NCBI GenBank assembly: GCA_025201805.1
Contig: MU619377.1
Coordinates: forward strand, 16,734-80,733
Direction: 5' to 3'
Length of the DNA stretch: 64,000 nt
DNA from: Parasitella parasitica NRRL 2501
Lineage: Eukaryota; Fungi; Mucoromycota
Shown one piece after another: positions 27,165 through 39,979 of the stretch. Both the position numbers and the translations under genes were made by a program. Numbering within the stretch: the stretch's first letter is position 1; each line of letters starts with the position of its first letter. The notes under the pieces were generated by a model. That model was not told the origin of the DNA. It made no database searches and worked only from the letters and a program-made list of their open reading frames with translations.

Positions 27165-30100
27165 TTAGTCAGTCAACGGAATTAACACCACTTGGTTGTT
27201 GTTAAGTTCTCTTTTCAAAGTGGCTACTTGTTGAGAGAATTTTTCTCTGTCTTTCGTGCTCAAGGACCATCCGCTTCCCTCCATCAGGTTACTCAGGGCC
27301 TGCAATAAAAATTAAGGTTAAATATCGCGTTCTATAAAAGTATTACCCGATTGTTATTGCTAAACTCACCTTGGTTACGAATTCTCGGCGTTCCGGTAAC
27401 TGATGCAGGATCACTTGGTTTGTGTATTTTGAGGCAAACTTTAAATATGGAGTTTGAAAAGGGGGGTAGTTAGTAGTATTAGAGGAGTGTTATTTAGCAT
27501 ATATATCACAAATGACGCTTTACAGTGAGGTCTGGCTTACCTCTCTTTCAAGTAACACAAGCGTGTATAAAGGTCTTGACAGCTGCCATTGATCATTGTT
27601 GTCATCGAACAAGATCAACCCAAACAATGTTGTCAGTAATTTGGGCAGTACCTGAGGATATTGAGTTAAACAGTTTAAAAACCAAGCACCCCTCAATGCT
27701 TTGTTTTTTCTCAAGATGAACAGTTTTTCTTTTTTGGTGCCGTCGTCCTGAGACGTAAAGTTGCTGGGACGCAGATCAGCTTTTTCGCTCTCTTGAATGA
27801 GAAATGTACAAATGTTGTTGAGTGTAGAGCAAGCATGAGTGCGGATCCAAGCATCGTTTGATTGGACGCCTTGTTCGCAAGCTTGTAAAACGTACAAGAA
27901 TGTTTCTGGAGGCATGTTCGGATCAACCATCATTTGCTCAACAGAAAACTCATCCAACATCATGAAGAACGACCTACTTAATTTGGGAAAATTCTTTGCA
28001 GTATAATTTAGTATATATTATGTCGTGGCAGCCAGCACAATAAGCCCTTACCATCATATCTTCCAGTGGTATATCAATTATCAATCGAAACATCATTGCA
28101 AATGCATCGCTGATTGCTTTATCGCCATACAGCCAAAAGACCCCAAAATTGATGTATTTACCACCAAGACATCTTGCCATGATATTAAAGCATGCAGACA
28201 TGCCTTTGTATTTAAGAGGGTACTTTTGCGCCTCGTCTGTAATACGCTGATTAAGTATTTGCTGACCAAACGAACACAAGATTTGACTGGCATCTCGAAA
28301 CAGCAAAATTCCATTGGCAGAAGAAACTTCCAGCGTTAAGCGTTGGCTCTTGTTGTAGACAAACTCACCGAAAAACTTGAGCAAAACGTTTGTGCAGGGA
28401 TTAGGCGACCATGCTTGAATTCCTTTCATTAATACGGGCATATAATCAGGATAGAACCAGTGGAAGAACAGTAAATACGTTTTACGGCTTTGTATAGGCT
28501 GGATGAAACCACGGAGATCTCGAAACAAGTCTTCAAGCGCACGCTAGAACATGGCGCCAATAGTTAGATTTTTGGCAGTAAAATGAACGAATCAGGTGTA
28601 AACGTTACCTGTACATGTGGCTGCTGAAATTCTTCGATTGTATTCAGCAAAGACAAACTCTCTAGCCGAACTTCAAAGGGCTTCATAAATTCGTAAAATT
28701 CTCTCTCGCAGTTATCTTCAGCAAACAGGATTTTGCACAGGATTTGATAATATAGCATGCGATTCTGCTTATGCTGGCTGTGGTTAAAAAAGGTGAACTC
28801 GCTTGATAAATGATTCTGCATGATTAAACGAGTAGATTCCAATTTTCGTACGTTTTTTATCGCACTATAGCCACTTGCAAGATCGTTGAATAGCTCGAGC
28901 GTTCGTCTGATTATTACTTCACTATCTCCCCAAATCTGAAGGTTTGTCATACTGTATTGGAAGACATTATGAATACACCCACATCCCATTTTATCTAAAG
29001 CGTACTTACATTTTGCGCATGATAAGATTAAGCATATCTTCTTGCCCTTCGATAGCAAACTCTTCGTTAAGCTGCTTATAGGCTGATTTTGCATTTGATT
29101 CACCAACATAGGATTTTCTGAACTGTGAAAAAAAGAAAACGAGTGCACAATCAAGTTTTTCGCTCAAGAATGCAGGGTTACTTTGGCCAAGATTCTGGTT
29201 TACTTCCATCAATTGAATGACTCTGGTTGCTAATTTGCTATCGGCCTCGTCATTTTCTTCAGAGCTCAAATACGCAGGCCTGTTGCCAACAAACACACCC
29301 ATGATGTAAACCAGCCATGCAAATTTACCCTCAAAAATTGCATTGGCCTCTCTCAGGCTCTCTTCACCTATAGCTCCCATTCTAGCTTGTGCTATCAATT
29401 CTTCGTAGGTAGCAGTAACCTGATCAAACACCTCAAAGAGCGCTGCGCATGCTTCTTCATATTTGCAGCGAGCGATCTGACCCAACATGTTTAGAGATTC
29501 GATCAAAGTATCCTCATCATCCAGTGGATCTACAGAAGCTTTTAGATGGTCCCTGTTCCCACAACTGACTGAGACCTCACTTACCATCCAACATTTCTTC
29601 GATTCTGCTTAGCACTGTTTCCACATGAGTCTTGATAAAAGTCTTTGTTAACGCTACAGTGATATCTTGCAGCCTTAGCACTGTTGTTTCTGCCAGCTGT
29701 TGGTAGTAGGTCATGCTTTGTACAATACGAGACCAGAAACCTAAAAGATAGTATCCAGCTGCGGTGGGGGTCCATGTGTGGAACGCTTTTTGGGTAAATC
29801 CTGCAACCAGTTCTATCCATTCCATGTAGCCTTGCTTCTCGGCCATTTCATTCAATGGAGCAATGATTCTGAAACGCTGTATTAAACGGCAAAATCCGTT
29901 ATAACAATCCGTATCCGTTAACCCGTGAGACGTGATAATGACATCCCGGATCCCATTCATAATGGCTGTAACAAATTTGCTGCGTTCGTCTTCACCGCTG
30001 AAAAGTGCTTTCCTAGTGGCTGCAATTTGCACAAGGCACTCCATCACCTTGCCCGAGTGAGGAGAGGTGAATTCATTGTAGGCCTTGAAAAAAGTAGGAA

Positions 30101-31284
30101 CGAAATCATCTTGTTCGTATACGCTTCTCCAAGCGGCAGGGATCTTGAGGGCAAATCAAAACGATAATCAATATTCTGCCATGTCAGCATTAGACAAACA
30201 ATCTCTTACCTGCACCATGCCAATATCCTCACCTGCTTCGTCCACAGTTGTACCTGCAAAGTCAAAGCAAAGGCATTTTAAAAGTATATTCAAAGTAGCA
30301 TCCTTTGTTCTGGTTTCTTGGTCAGCTGATAGCGATAATTTAAGGAGAGTTATTAGTAAATATGTACGATAAATTCGTCAGGATTACTTTTTACGTTTAT
30401 CAAAAGGGATGGATTTAGCCAGCAGGCTTTCCAATAACTGATAAGCACTTTTGAATATATCAAACAGTTGAGTGTCTCGGAGTCCAGCAGCTTGATTTTT
30501 TTGTACGGAAAAATAAGCATGTGTCGTTGTTTTTTGGAAGCTAAAGCATAACTCTACCTGCTTTCCTAAATTTGGCGGAATACTTGGGTACGGTTGCAGC
30601 ATTTATGTCTTGCACAATGACAGATAAGATTTGCATACCAACGATACGATGATCAGCGGAGGTCTTTTATGTATGTTTGTTGTTAGCAACCCTCCTCTTT
30701 TCTTTCTTTGTATATTTTAGCAGCTTACTTGATAAAATTGAGTCATATCTTTGTAGACGTTCTGATATTCCTCATGGTCAAGCCAGCCGAATCGAGTCAA
30801 TAAAGCCAACACCCCAGCCAACTGTGTGATAATAAAAGGCTGTAGATCCGGATGTCTATATGCATAATCTAATAAAAATGTGCCTATATAGACCAAAGGA
30901 GATGAGAAAACCACTAAATCAGCATGAGACGATCAATATATCGGATTCCTTACGCAGCTGGATCTTGGTGTCGCTATCAAATATAGTAAATTGCGCCATA
31001 ACAAGCTGCTTTAATCTCGACAGCGAGAACGTTTGCACATAGGGATTAGGAGAGCTCTCTAACAAGATCCTCAGAGCGTTTGCAGTATCTGTGGGGGCAC
31101 CGATTTCGAATGTCGGTATCCGATCAAGATTAATCTTGTTGGTGTCTGACGAGGAAAAAGTTGGGAAACTAGCTTCCAACACCTTTTGAATCTGATCATG
31201 CTCCGCAGGATTTTTGGGATTATACAGCTCTTCACATAAGCTCGAGAAAAACGCTATGCGCTCTTCTTGTTGATGTTGTGTCAT
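27165..31284 (-). CDS. XPO7: Exportin-7/RanBP17-like karyopherin, multi-exon
   Basis: LCEELYN, LTRFGWLD, FDFAGTTVDEAGEDIGMVQIP, FRDLRG, LFFHWFYP, VSSANGILLFRDAS, YINFGVFWLYGD, WQLSRPL. Confidence 0.9.
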
Positions 31285-33661
31285 TATTGTTGTTTTTATT
31301 TAGAAAAAGAAGAAAGAAGAAAAGGAAACGCTTATACAAGATAGAAACTTTTATCCATCATTCACACAAGACAGGTGGTTCCTCAAACCAGACCCTGTGA
31401 CCTTTTTCATACCAAGAATCCAAGTTTCTATTTACAACGAAAAACATAGGAAGCTTGCATGCATGTTTGGACATTTTGCTGCAGTAATCTGAAGCTTAAG
31501 TTTGATTCTTTGGCAGGTTCTACTGAGAAATGTGTATAAGATTGTTGCTCTATTTTTACTTCAATTTCATTCCAGATGTGAGTTTAGACGATTTGCTTAA
31601 TCAAGTGCGATATAAGATATACCTCAAAGGCATCAAATTGTCTCACAAGTGGGGAGTTTTTTTTTTTTTTCTTTTTTTTTTTTTTTTGGCGACAACAGTT
31701 TGCTCAGACGAGCTCCTAGAAAGGCTACCAGAATGTGAAAATTTCAAATCATAGACGGATAGTCATTTACATTATCGTCTAGATCAGGCACTCACCTATT
31801 TATTAAAATATGAGCAATAAACTCGTTAAACTTTCAATTCTATGACAATATATATACTCTTTAGATCTACCTCCACTTTTATATACTCTTCAAAATTAGC
31901 CGATGTGGAGCTTGCGTATACTCCTTTAAGTTCTATACAACTATACTGTTTATGCTTCAATGTCTTTCTGAACGTAGTTAAATTCTGGAAGAATCTTCTT
32001 GATTCGATTTTCGAGAGACTTGATTACCGACTCAAGAATGGACTTGGCACTCAATTATGCAATTTACTACTGCCAATCTATCATCTCGTGATTGTTCATT
32101 TTGCAGTCGTTTTAATTGTAAAGGAGATTCTTTGTTTTTACAAAACTAATACCTCTAAACTACAAAGTAGCTTGTCAGTGTTAAAGTATATACTTCTCTT
32201 TAACATTCATTTTGAAGCGACGGAATACATCCTTTTTCATTCAAGTTTTTTGAAGGACACAATTAACATTTGATTTTACGAATACCGATGTTCGACTAAA
32301 GACGAGATTTGTTGTCAAATTTATGACCTTGCCCAGTGAAAGAAAAGTCAAAGCTTTTTCATAAAGGATTAAAAATGGGGATCATTGCAGAAAAAAATCT
32401 ACTCGTCATTGGGCCATCTATCCTCTCCCACAATGCTTTTAAACTGATGTATACTATATCCTTCTTTTCTAGCTGTCTCCAAATATCCATCTTGTCACAC
32501 AAGCAATAACCAACAGATACAGATAAATAATAATCACCTCTGCATACATATACTGTCATATACCTAGAAGTCTTCTGTAGAAAATGAATATATGCTATCA
32601 TAAACTCCTTTTTTTTTCTCGCTACTCATAAGGGCAACAGAGCTTTATTCTTCTGCTTCTTCCAAATCCCCTTTTATAGATGTGATGCATCCAATATCCG
32701 GGATCTCAGGGGCTGAATACACCACCACATATGCGCGCTTGGCTTGCGTGGGGCGTGGGTAAACAAACAAGAAACGAATGTATGCAGACAACAAGTTGTA
32801 AACGTATCCATTAATTTTATTTTCATTCTGCCCCTTACTGATTGCCAACTTTAGATTTCGTAACTGTGTTTTTTTGTGTGGGTCATTTTTTGCATAATTA
32901 TATGATTTTTATAGTGTAATTTTCCGACATCTCGTTGATTTAAGGCACATGCCAAAACCATAAGAGACAAGCTTTTACTATCGAATTTTTAATTATTTCA
33001 TCTGCCAGATTCAAAGGGTTGAGCATTTTTAGTCTAGATGTCTGAAAAAAAGAGCCTACTTTTCACCTTCAGCAATATGTAAAAGCTGGTGATAGTCGAA
33101 AGACTCACTTGAAGTTAATAGGTTTTGTATGAAAGTAACAAGCGGACTTGATTGATAAGGGCCTGATACCAAAAATGGGCATTAAGGCTGATCTTGATGC
33201 TTCAAAAAATCAAAGGATATACAGCATTTTTTACGGGTAAATGCATAAATTAAGATTTTCTGTGATTATCTGATCATCTATTATGTAACCATCTGCAATA
33301 CACACTTTTGTCATGTCATTTTTAATCTCAAGTTGCAGTATTCTCAAATTGCAATGAAAAGCACAACTTAAAGCATCATTTGAGCTCTATCAAAGTAACA
33401 TTGAAGGCCCAAGATTTTTTGAACATGAAAGTATCAGTTGATAGCACGTGAGTGGATTGTACAACCTGGTGTATAATTTCTCTCAGCATATAAATACGGC
33501 AAGTCCAATAGATTCAACCTGTATGACTGATAGCCAACATATAATGGACTGTTCTTCATTGGCCTAACAAAGTTTGGCGGCATCTAGATAACCATCTCCC
33601 ATCTAAATATCTGAAAGAACGCTTCTTCTCCTTTTCTTGCTCCCTCAAATTTACATCCAAT

Positions 33662-34973
33662 ATGTCTGATTCTGTACAAAAACGTAAGTTTATTTTGTGA
33701 AAGGGACGCAGAAAGTAGTTTGTTTTTGATTGTCTAATTCGACATGCAGCTCTTCCTTTTGGATTCCAGTTTTTAGCTGGTGCCATTGCTGGTGTCTCTG
33801 AAATTTTAGTCATGTATCCCTTGGATGGTAATGATTCCCGAGATTTGTAATTTTACAAACTGATATTAACCACAGCGATCAGTTGTCAAGACGAGAGCTC
33901 AATTAAGCACCGGTGCCAGTACTGGTATTATCACTACGATGTCCAACATGGTCAAGCATGAAGGGTAAGCTTACCCCACTTTTTTTCCCTCCATACATTG
34001 GCTTCGTGTGACTCATTGCAATTTATCGTTCAATCTTATTAGTGCCGCCTCTCTTTATCGTGGTATTCTACCTCCCATCATGGTAGAGGCACCCAAGCGT
34101 GCCACCAAGTTTGCTGCCAATGAACAATATACCGCCCTTTACAAGAAGATGTTTGGTTTTGAAAAGGTCACTCAATCATTGTCCATCATGACTGGTGTCA
34201 GTGCTGGTATCACGGAAGCATTTTTGATTGTGCCTTTTGAATTGGTCAAGGTCAGGATGCAAGATAGAGGAAATGTAGGTTTTAGTATGATGGGCGATTG
34301 AAAAGATGATTCAAGACTTATATACCCCCATTCACACGTAGCTTGGCAAGTACAATGGCACTGCCGATACCTTCAAGAAGATCATTGCTTCCGAAGGCGC
34401 CTTGGCCTTGTTCAACGGTTTGGAAGCCACCATGTGGCGTCATGCTGTCTGGAATGGCGCTTATTTCGGTTTGATTTTCACTGTCAAGGATAATATGCCC
34501 AAATCCAAGGTAATAATCACAGAAATGATAGCCATGTATAAAAGTCTAACCAAGATGTAGGATCCTAATCAACAACGCATCACTAATTTTGCTGCTGGTA
34601 CTGTTGGTGGTATTGTTGCCACTGCCTTCAATACACCTTTTGATGTGGTAAAGACCCGCATTCAAGGCTACGACGGTGTGGGTGTCAAGAAATATAACTG
34701 GACTTTGCCTGGTTTAGCTACAGTTGCCAAGGAAGAAGGGTATTGTTGTTATTTGGCTTAATTGGTCAAAATATTAATTATGCTATATTTAGTATGGCAT
34801 CGTTGTATAGAGGCTTTTTGCCCAAGGTTTTGAGATTGGGTCCAGGGTAACTATCATCATATACAAAATGTGTGAGTGCATGTTACACTAACATGAGAAA
34901 TAGTGGCGGTATTCTCTTGGTTGTCTTTGAGACAGTTTCAGGGTTCATTAGAAAGAACATTTTGAAGGAGTAA
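33662..34973 (+). CDS. ODC1: Mitochondrial 2-oxodicarboxylate carrier (SLC25A21/Odc1-2), multi-exon
   Basis: QFLAGAIAGVSEILVMYPLDVVKTR, PPIMVEAPKRATKFAANE, WRHAVWNGAYFG, PKVLRLGPGGGILLVVF. Confidence 0.93.
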
Positions 34974-35064
34974 ACCGACAGAAAAAGACACAGAATGAAG
35001 AGGCCGGAAAATAGAGACAGATGATGTATATTTATTAAATAGAATAAAAGCTTCTGTATACATT

Positions 35065-36541
35065 TTATTCTGCAGTAATTCGTTTTTGAAACGAAGTACG
35101 AAAGAACCCTTTGAATCTACTCAGAGTAAACCTGGATCTGGTGATTTTCTCCTTCACATTTACATGCTCCTCATTTTTGCTATCAACTGGTGTGATTTGC
35201 GATTTCTTTTTGAATACTCGTAAAAAGAATTCTGAGCGTTTTCTAGGTTTTTCTGTCGAAGAATGTACGATAGTCATAGTATTGTTGTGTGTTTTTGAGC
35301 TGGACAATGAAGTTGTCGTGGAAACAGATGACGCTTTAGAAAGTACGCCCACTTTTTTTCTTGACGAGAAGTTTGTAAGCCTACTGCTAGGAGACAACTG
35401 AGAAGTTGTTATATATGAACAGCGTGTCATCGTAGGCGGTAAAAGCCATGGATGCGTTAAACAATCCTTGGCCGATATACGTTCTTTGGCATCTTTGCAT
35501 AGCAGCCTTTGGATCAGGTCAGATGCATCTCTGGTGACGTATGGAGGTATGGTATATTGCCCACGACTAATTTTTTGGAATAGTTGAGGCATCTCGTCTC
35601 CCTGAAACGGCAAAGACCCTGTCAGCATGGCAAATAGTATTACGCCACAGCTCCATAGATCAACAGGAGGGCCGCGGTATGGTGTAGCAGTAACCATCTC
35701 TGGTGCTGCATAAAAGGGGCTTCCGCAATATGTGCTCAATACTTGATGTCTTTCCTTGAAAACGTTGCCAAACCCGAAATCACATATTCTAATGTGCTGT
35801 GTATTATCGATAAGCACTATTAACTATAATTAGTTTGATGAGACAAGCCATTTCGATCTTGGGCTCACCGTTTTCTGGTTTCAAATCTCTGTGTACAATG
35901 TTATTCTATGGCAAAAAAAAAAAAAAAAAAAAAACACACATGTTAGGCTCGCAACAACCATGCTATTTGGGATGATACAAACATCGTGGATATATTCAAC
36001 TGCTTCAATTATCTCCCTGAACCACCTGCGTGCGATTGGCTCAGCTAAGCCTTTCGATTGTTTGATTTTGTCAAATAGCTCGCCACCTTCCACATACTCC
36101 ATTACAATGTAAATATAATCATTTTCAGTTATAACGTCAAAGACTTGAACAATATTCTTGTGGAAAAGCCCAGAAGCAAATGTCTCGCAAATAGATTGCT
36201 CTCTCTGGGCGTGCTGTCTTTGGTCTCCTGACTTGAACATCTTTTTGTCCACAACCTTAACGGCGTACTACGTCTGTCATGTTAAAAGAATGCATACAAA
36301 TGAAATCACTACGAGCAATTGTACCTGTTCTCCTGATTTCCTGTCTTCCACTAAATACACTTTTCCAAAATTACCCTTTCCCAATGTATACAGTTTTTCA
36401 TAGCGAGACTCGAACCTGTTTGCAGATCTGGATTTCACCTATTTCAATGAGATTGTTTGAGTTTGTAATGTGTGCATGAATGAGCATTGCTTAAGGCACA
36501 TACAATACCTCATTTAATCTGTTGAGACTGTGTCTATTCAT
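35065..36541 (-). CDS. CAMK-group AMPK/MARK-related Ser/Thr kinase with short basic C-terminal tail
   Basis: LGKGNFGKV, YAVK, MEYVEGGELF, HRDLKPEN, DFG, LSTYCGSPFYAAPE, DLWSCGVILFAMLTG. Confidence 0.9.
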
Positions 36542-36946
36542 AGCGTAATTTTCTTTTCAATAGTTGATATAAATGTGTTAAAGAGAAAGAAGGCACTAAA
36601 GGTACAATGCTCTATGAAATAACTGAANNNNNNNNNNNNNNNNNNNNAAAAAAAAAAAAAAAAAGGTACCCGAATAACTCGGAAAATATAATTGTTGCTT
36701 GGACAGCATCAAAATATTCTGGAGAATTTTCAGAGTTTCATTCACTACACACATGTTTATATGGTTGAGCATGTTTTCCCCTACTTTAATCCATCGCTGG
36801 GAAGAGTGCAAAAAGCATTGATCGGGACCATCGTCAACGGTAGCTTGAGTTTAAGAAGTGGACAAAGACTCCGAAAGAGCTCTAATAAAAGTATACTTTT
36901 TCCAGAATTTGTTTGATTGATTCTTTTCTTCATTTATTTATCAGGC

Positions 36947-37672
36947 ATGTCAAATTTGAAAAGAAAACTCCAGGACATATCTGAAGTGTCTAATTCTGAT
37001 GTATCAGCCACTGTCCCTTCAACTTTAAAGACTCAATTCTATGACGCCGGCTTCTTTCCTCTGCCGAAAACACGATTCCCGTTGGGAACACCTATTCATT
37101 CGCAAGTATGGCTTATTCTGCTGGTGAGCAGCATTCTAATGTTTTACAATAGTAAGAGATCCAGAAAAGTCTATTCTGACTTGGCTGATGAGCGTGAATT
37201 CTTATTGCATGTAAAGGAGTTATGGCAAACCAAGCTTGCAAGCTTAAAGGTAAAGCGTTATTATATATATACTATGCAACTCAATAGTAAAGCTATGTAA
37301 TAGGAGGACAAAACGCTCTTAGAAAGGATGAAAGACCTCAAAAAGTCTGATTTAGTTGACGTAGAACCTTTGTTTTGTCCCGAGGAAAAAGTGCAGGGTG
37401 TCGAAAACGATGTGCAGGAAGAGACTGGGCCATCAACCTCTGTCGACACGGAAAATCAAGAGAACGTCCATGATCGCTTCAAAATTGTCAACGGCCAAGT
37501 TGTAGTCAAAGACCTAGATATGTTGGCTACACTTCAGGAATTGGATAAAATCTACACGGGTACCCAAAATGAACTAGAACAGGATTCATCTGAAGAAGAA
37601 GCCGAAGAGGATGATGAAGAAGCAAGAAAAGCTTTGCACAGAATGCTGGAAGAATTTGGTGGTGGCTTTTAA
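36947..37672 (+). CDS. Hypothetical protein (coiled-coil plus acidic C-terminus), about 3 exons
   Basis: ATG 36947; GT-AG introns near 37106-37152 and 37249-37303 join the ORFs in frame. No recognisable domain. Confidence 0.65.
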
Positions 37673-37695
37673 CAGGGTTTATTTAATTTTATCAA

Positions 37696-39414
37696 CTAGT
37701 TGGCAAGAGGATAATGGGGGCGAATATCAACAGGGATTCCGGCATCGTCAATACGTGCCAAGGCATCTTTGGTGTCTTTATGAAGGACACCGTAATTCTT
37801 AACAAATTCATCAACTGCAGATTTATCGCCATCGCCTTGAAGAATCAAAATATCTCTAGTTAAATCAGAAACTGCAGAGCGAATCTTGTCAAAATCAACG
37901 CTGAATAATCTTGTCTTTTCATCGCATTTAAAGCCACCCTTCTCCACCAAATAGTTAAGTTGGATTGCTTGTCCCAAACCATGTGCTTCTTGAATACCAA
38001 AGCGAATAGAGCGGAAGGCAGACGCTAAGAATGTGACCCAGAACTCTTTCTGAGTGACATTATCAATAGTGCCATGATCCACCATTAAATCAGCAGCAAA
38101 TAAAGCAGCGATATCTGCCTTGGCTTCTTCGAGAGCAGAGTGATACTCTTGTAATTTTGAGCGAACAGTGTCTCCCTGGAGGGTATGATGGGGCCCATTG
38201 CTATGACAAACCTCATGAAGTAATACATGGGTTGTGAATGCATCCTTTGTCAAATAAGGCAATTGCTCTTCAGCCAACACTTGTGTCGCAATAGGTGTCA
38301 GAACATGCTCAAATTTGCCTTCCTGGACATTTTTGATGAGTACTAGCTTTGAACCACCCTTCTTGATGGCCTCCTCGTCGTTAGGAAGGTTGTAGGCAGC
38401 AGTCATAGGCACCTAAAACATATGGTTTATTAGAAAAATAACACAGACGAGTCGGTTGATACTTACTGCCACATCACCAACAGCATATAATTGATTTACG
38501 ACGACAATGGGAGCAGCAACCAGCTTGTCATTGCGATATTTTTCAGGGATGGGCAAGCGATCTTCAACGAATTGGAGATCAGAGAACTTTTCCAACAGCT
38601 TGGACGAATGCTCGTCTCGAACATGAATATAAAATTCGTATGCACTCTTGAAAGTAAAGAGACCGTCAGTGTATTGCTCATATGGACCAATTGTGATTTC
38701 AAGTTTGTTTGATTTGGCAAGGCGTAACCAATCCAATTCAGAATCCAAATAGTCATTTGTCTCAAAAGAATCAGCACGAGAAGAAAGAAACTCCTCAATG
38801 CGGGTTCCCTCACCAGTAACTTGTACATTTTTCAACTCTTTAACGGCTTCCTGGATATGCTCCGCTGCAGGCTTGAGAAGATCAGCATATGCTTCAGAAT
38901 AAGGGACGGCCTCAAATCTGTCATGGCTGTCCTTGCGAATGATTGTGTAATAACTCTTGGCCTTCTTACACTCCTCGGGTGATAAAGTCTCTACCCATTT
39001 CTCGAAATCAGCCTTTTTCATACCTTCCGGATAGAAGTTTCCGCCCTCAGGGCGTTCAGGAACACCCTCGACAAAAGGTATATTATCATCTTCGCGAGCC
39101 TATGGTGCCGTGTGAATTCCCATGAGCTAATGGCGAAATAAGAATGTATAACTAATTGAATGACTTACCCAAGGTCCTTTATACATTTCAAATAAGGTAA
39201 CAAGCTCCTTATTTCCCTCAGCATGTAACTTTTTGCGTAATTCTTCATTACCCGACCAAGCTTGACGCATATAAAGTTGGTCGATATACTTTCCTGCCTT
39301 GACCAAATGCTTTAAAGCGGCATGCTCATGCGCGCTAAGGTGAGATAAATCTGCAGTGCACTCAAAGAGCGCAAAGCGTGCGATTCTACTTGAAAGAGAA
39401 CGAATTGAAGCCAT
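37696..39414 (-). CDS. Peptidase M49 (dipeptidyl-peptidase III-like), HEXXH type, 3 exons
   Basis: YKGPW, GGNFYP, IGPYEQYTDGLFTFKSAYE, AYNLPNDE, HEVCHSNGPH, EEAKADI, FRSIRFGIQEAHG, IPVDI. Confidence 0.9.
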
Positions 39415-39979
39415 GAAGATTATTGATAAAGGTTAAGAAGAAGAAAAAAATGAAAATACGTGTTCTAAATTTGGGTGTGGGCAGTAGTGAAAAACCCGCC
39501 AGTCAATGCGTGAGAAAAATCAAGACTTAACTTGCCCATGTTGCAAGAAAAAAAAAAAACGTTTTCTCAAGTCCAATTTTGAAATTTGTTTAAAATTGAC
39601 CTCCTATGTTTTTCAAGGAAATGTATCGGATAGGAAGTACGAGCACTGAGAAATCACTTGATGTCGTTCAAGGCGGGCACAAGAAGAAATTCTAATAAAG
39701 TGGTGAAAAATGATATATTACTGGCTACAAGTTGAGACATTTACTCAGTAATGCTTTTGATGCCTTCGCAATGATAACGTGTGTTGCATGGAAGTTTTTG
39801 ATGTGCAAAAATCGTTTTGCCAGCCCTTTCGTGTGCGAAAGGATTTATACTTTTTCAGAACAAATGTTAATTTGGCATGTTTTTGGTTCCGATATTTTTG
39901 GACAGCAACAACGGCAAGGAGGCTTCTGATACGGTAGACTACCCTTTTTTTTAAAAAAAAAAAAAATTCTTCCCAAACG

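Noticed and set aside
31842-32848. Small ORFs between XPO7 and ODC1
   Set aside because: No motifs or consistent splice model; at most unassignable decayed coding sequence.
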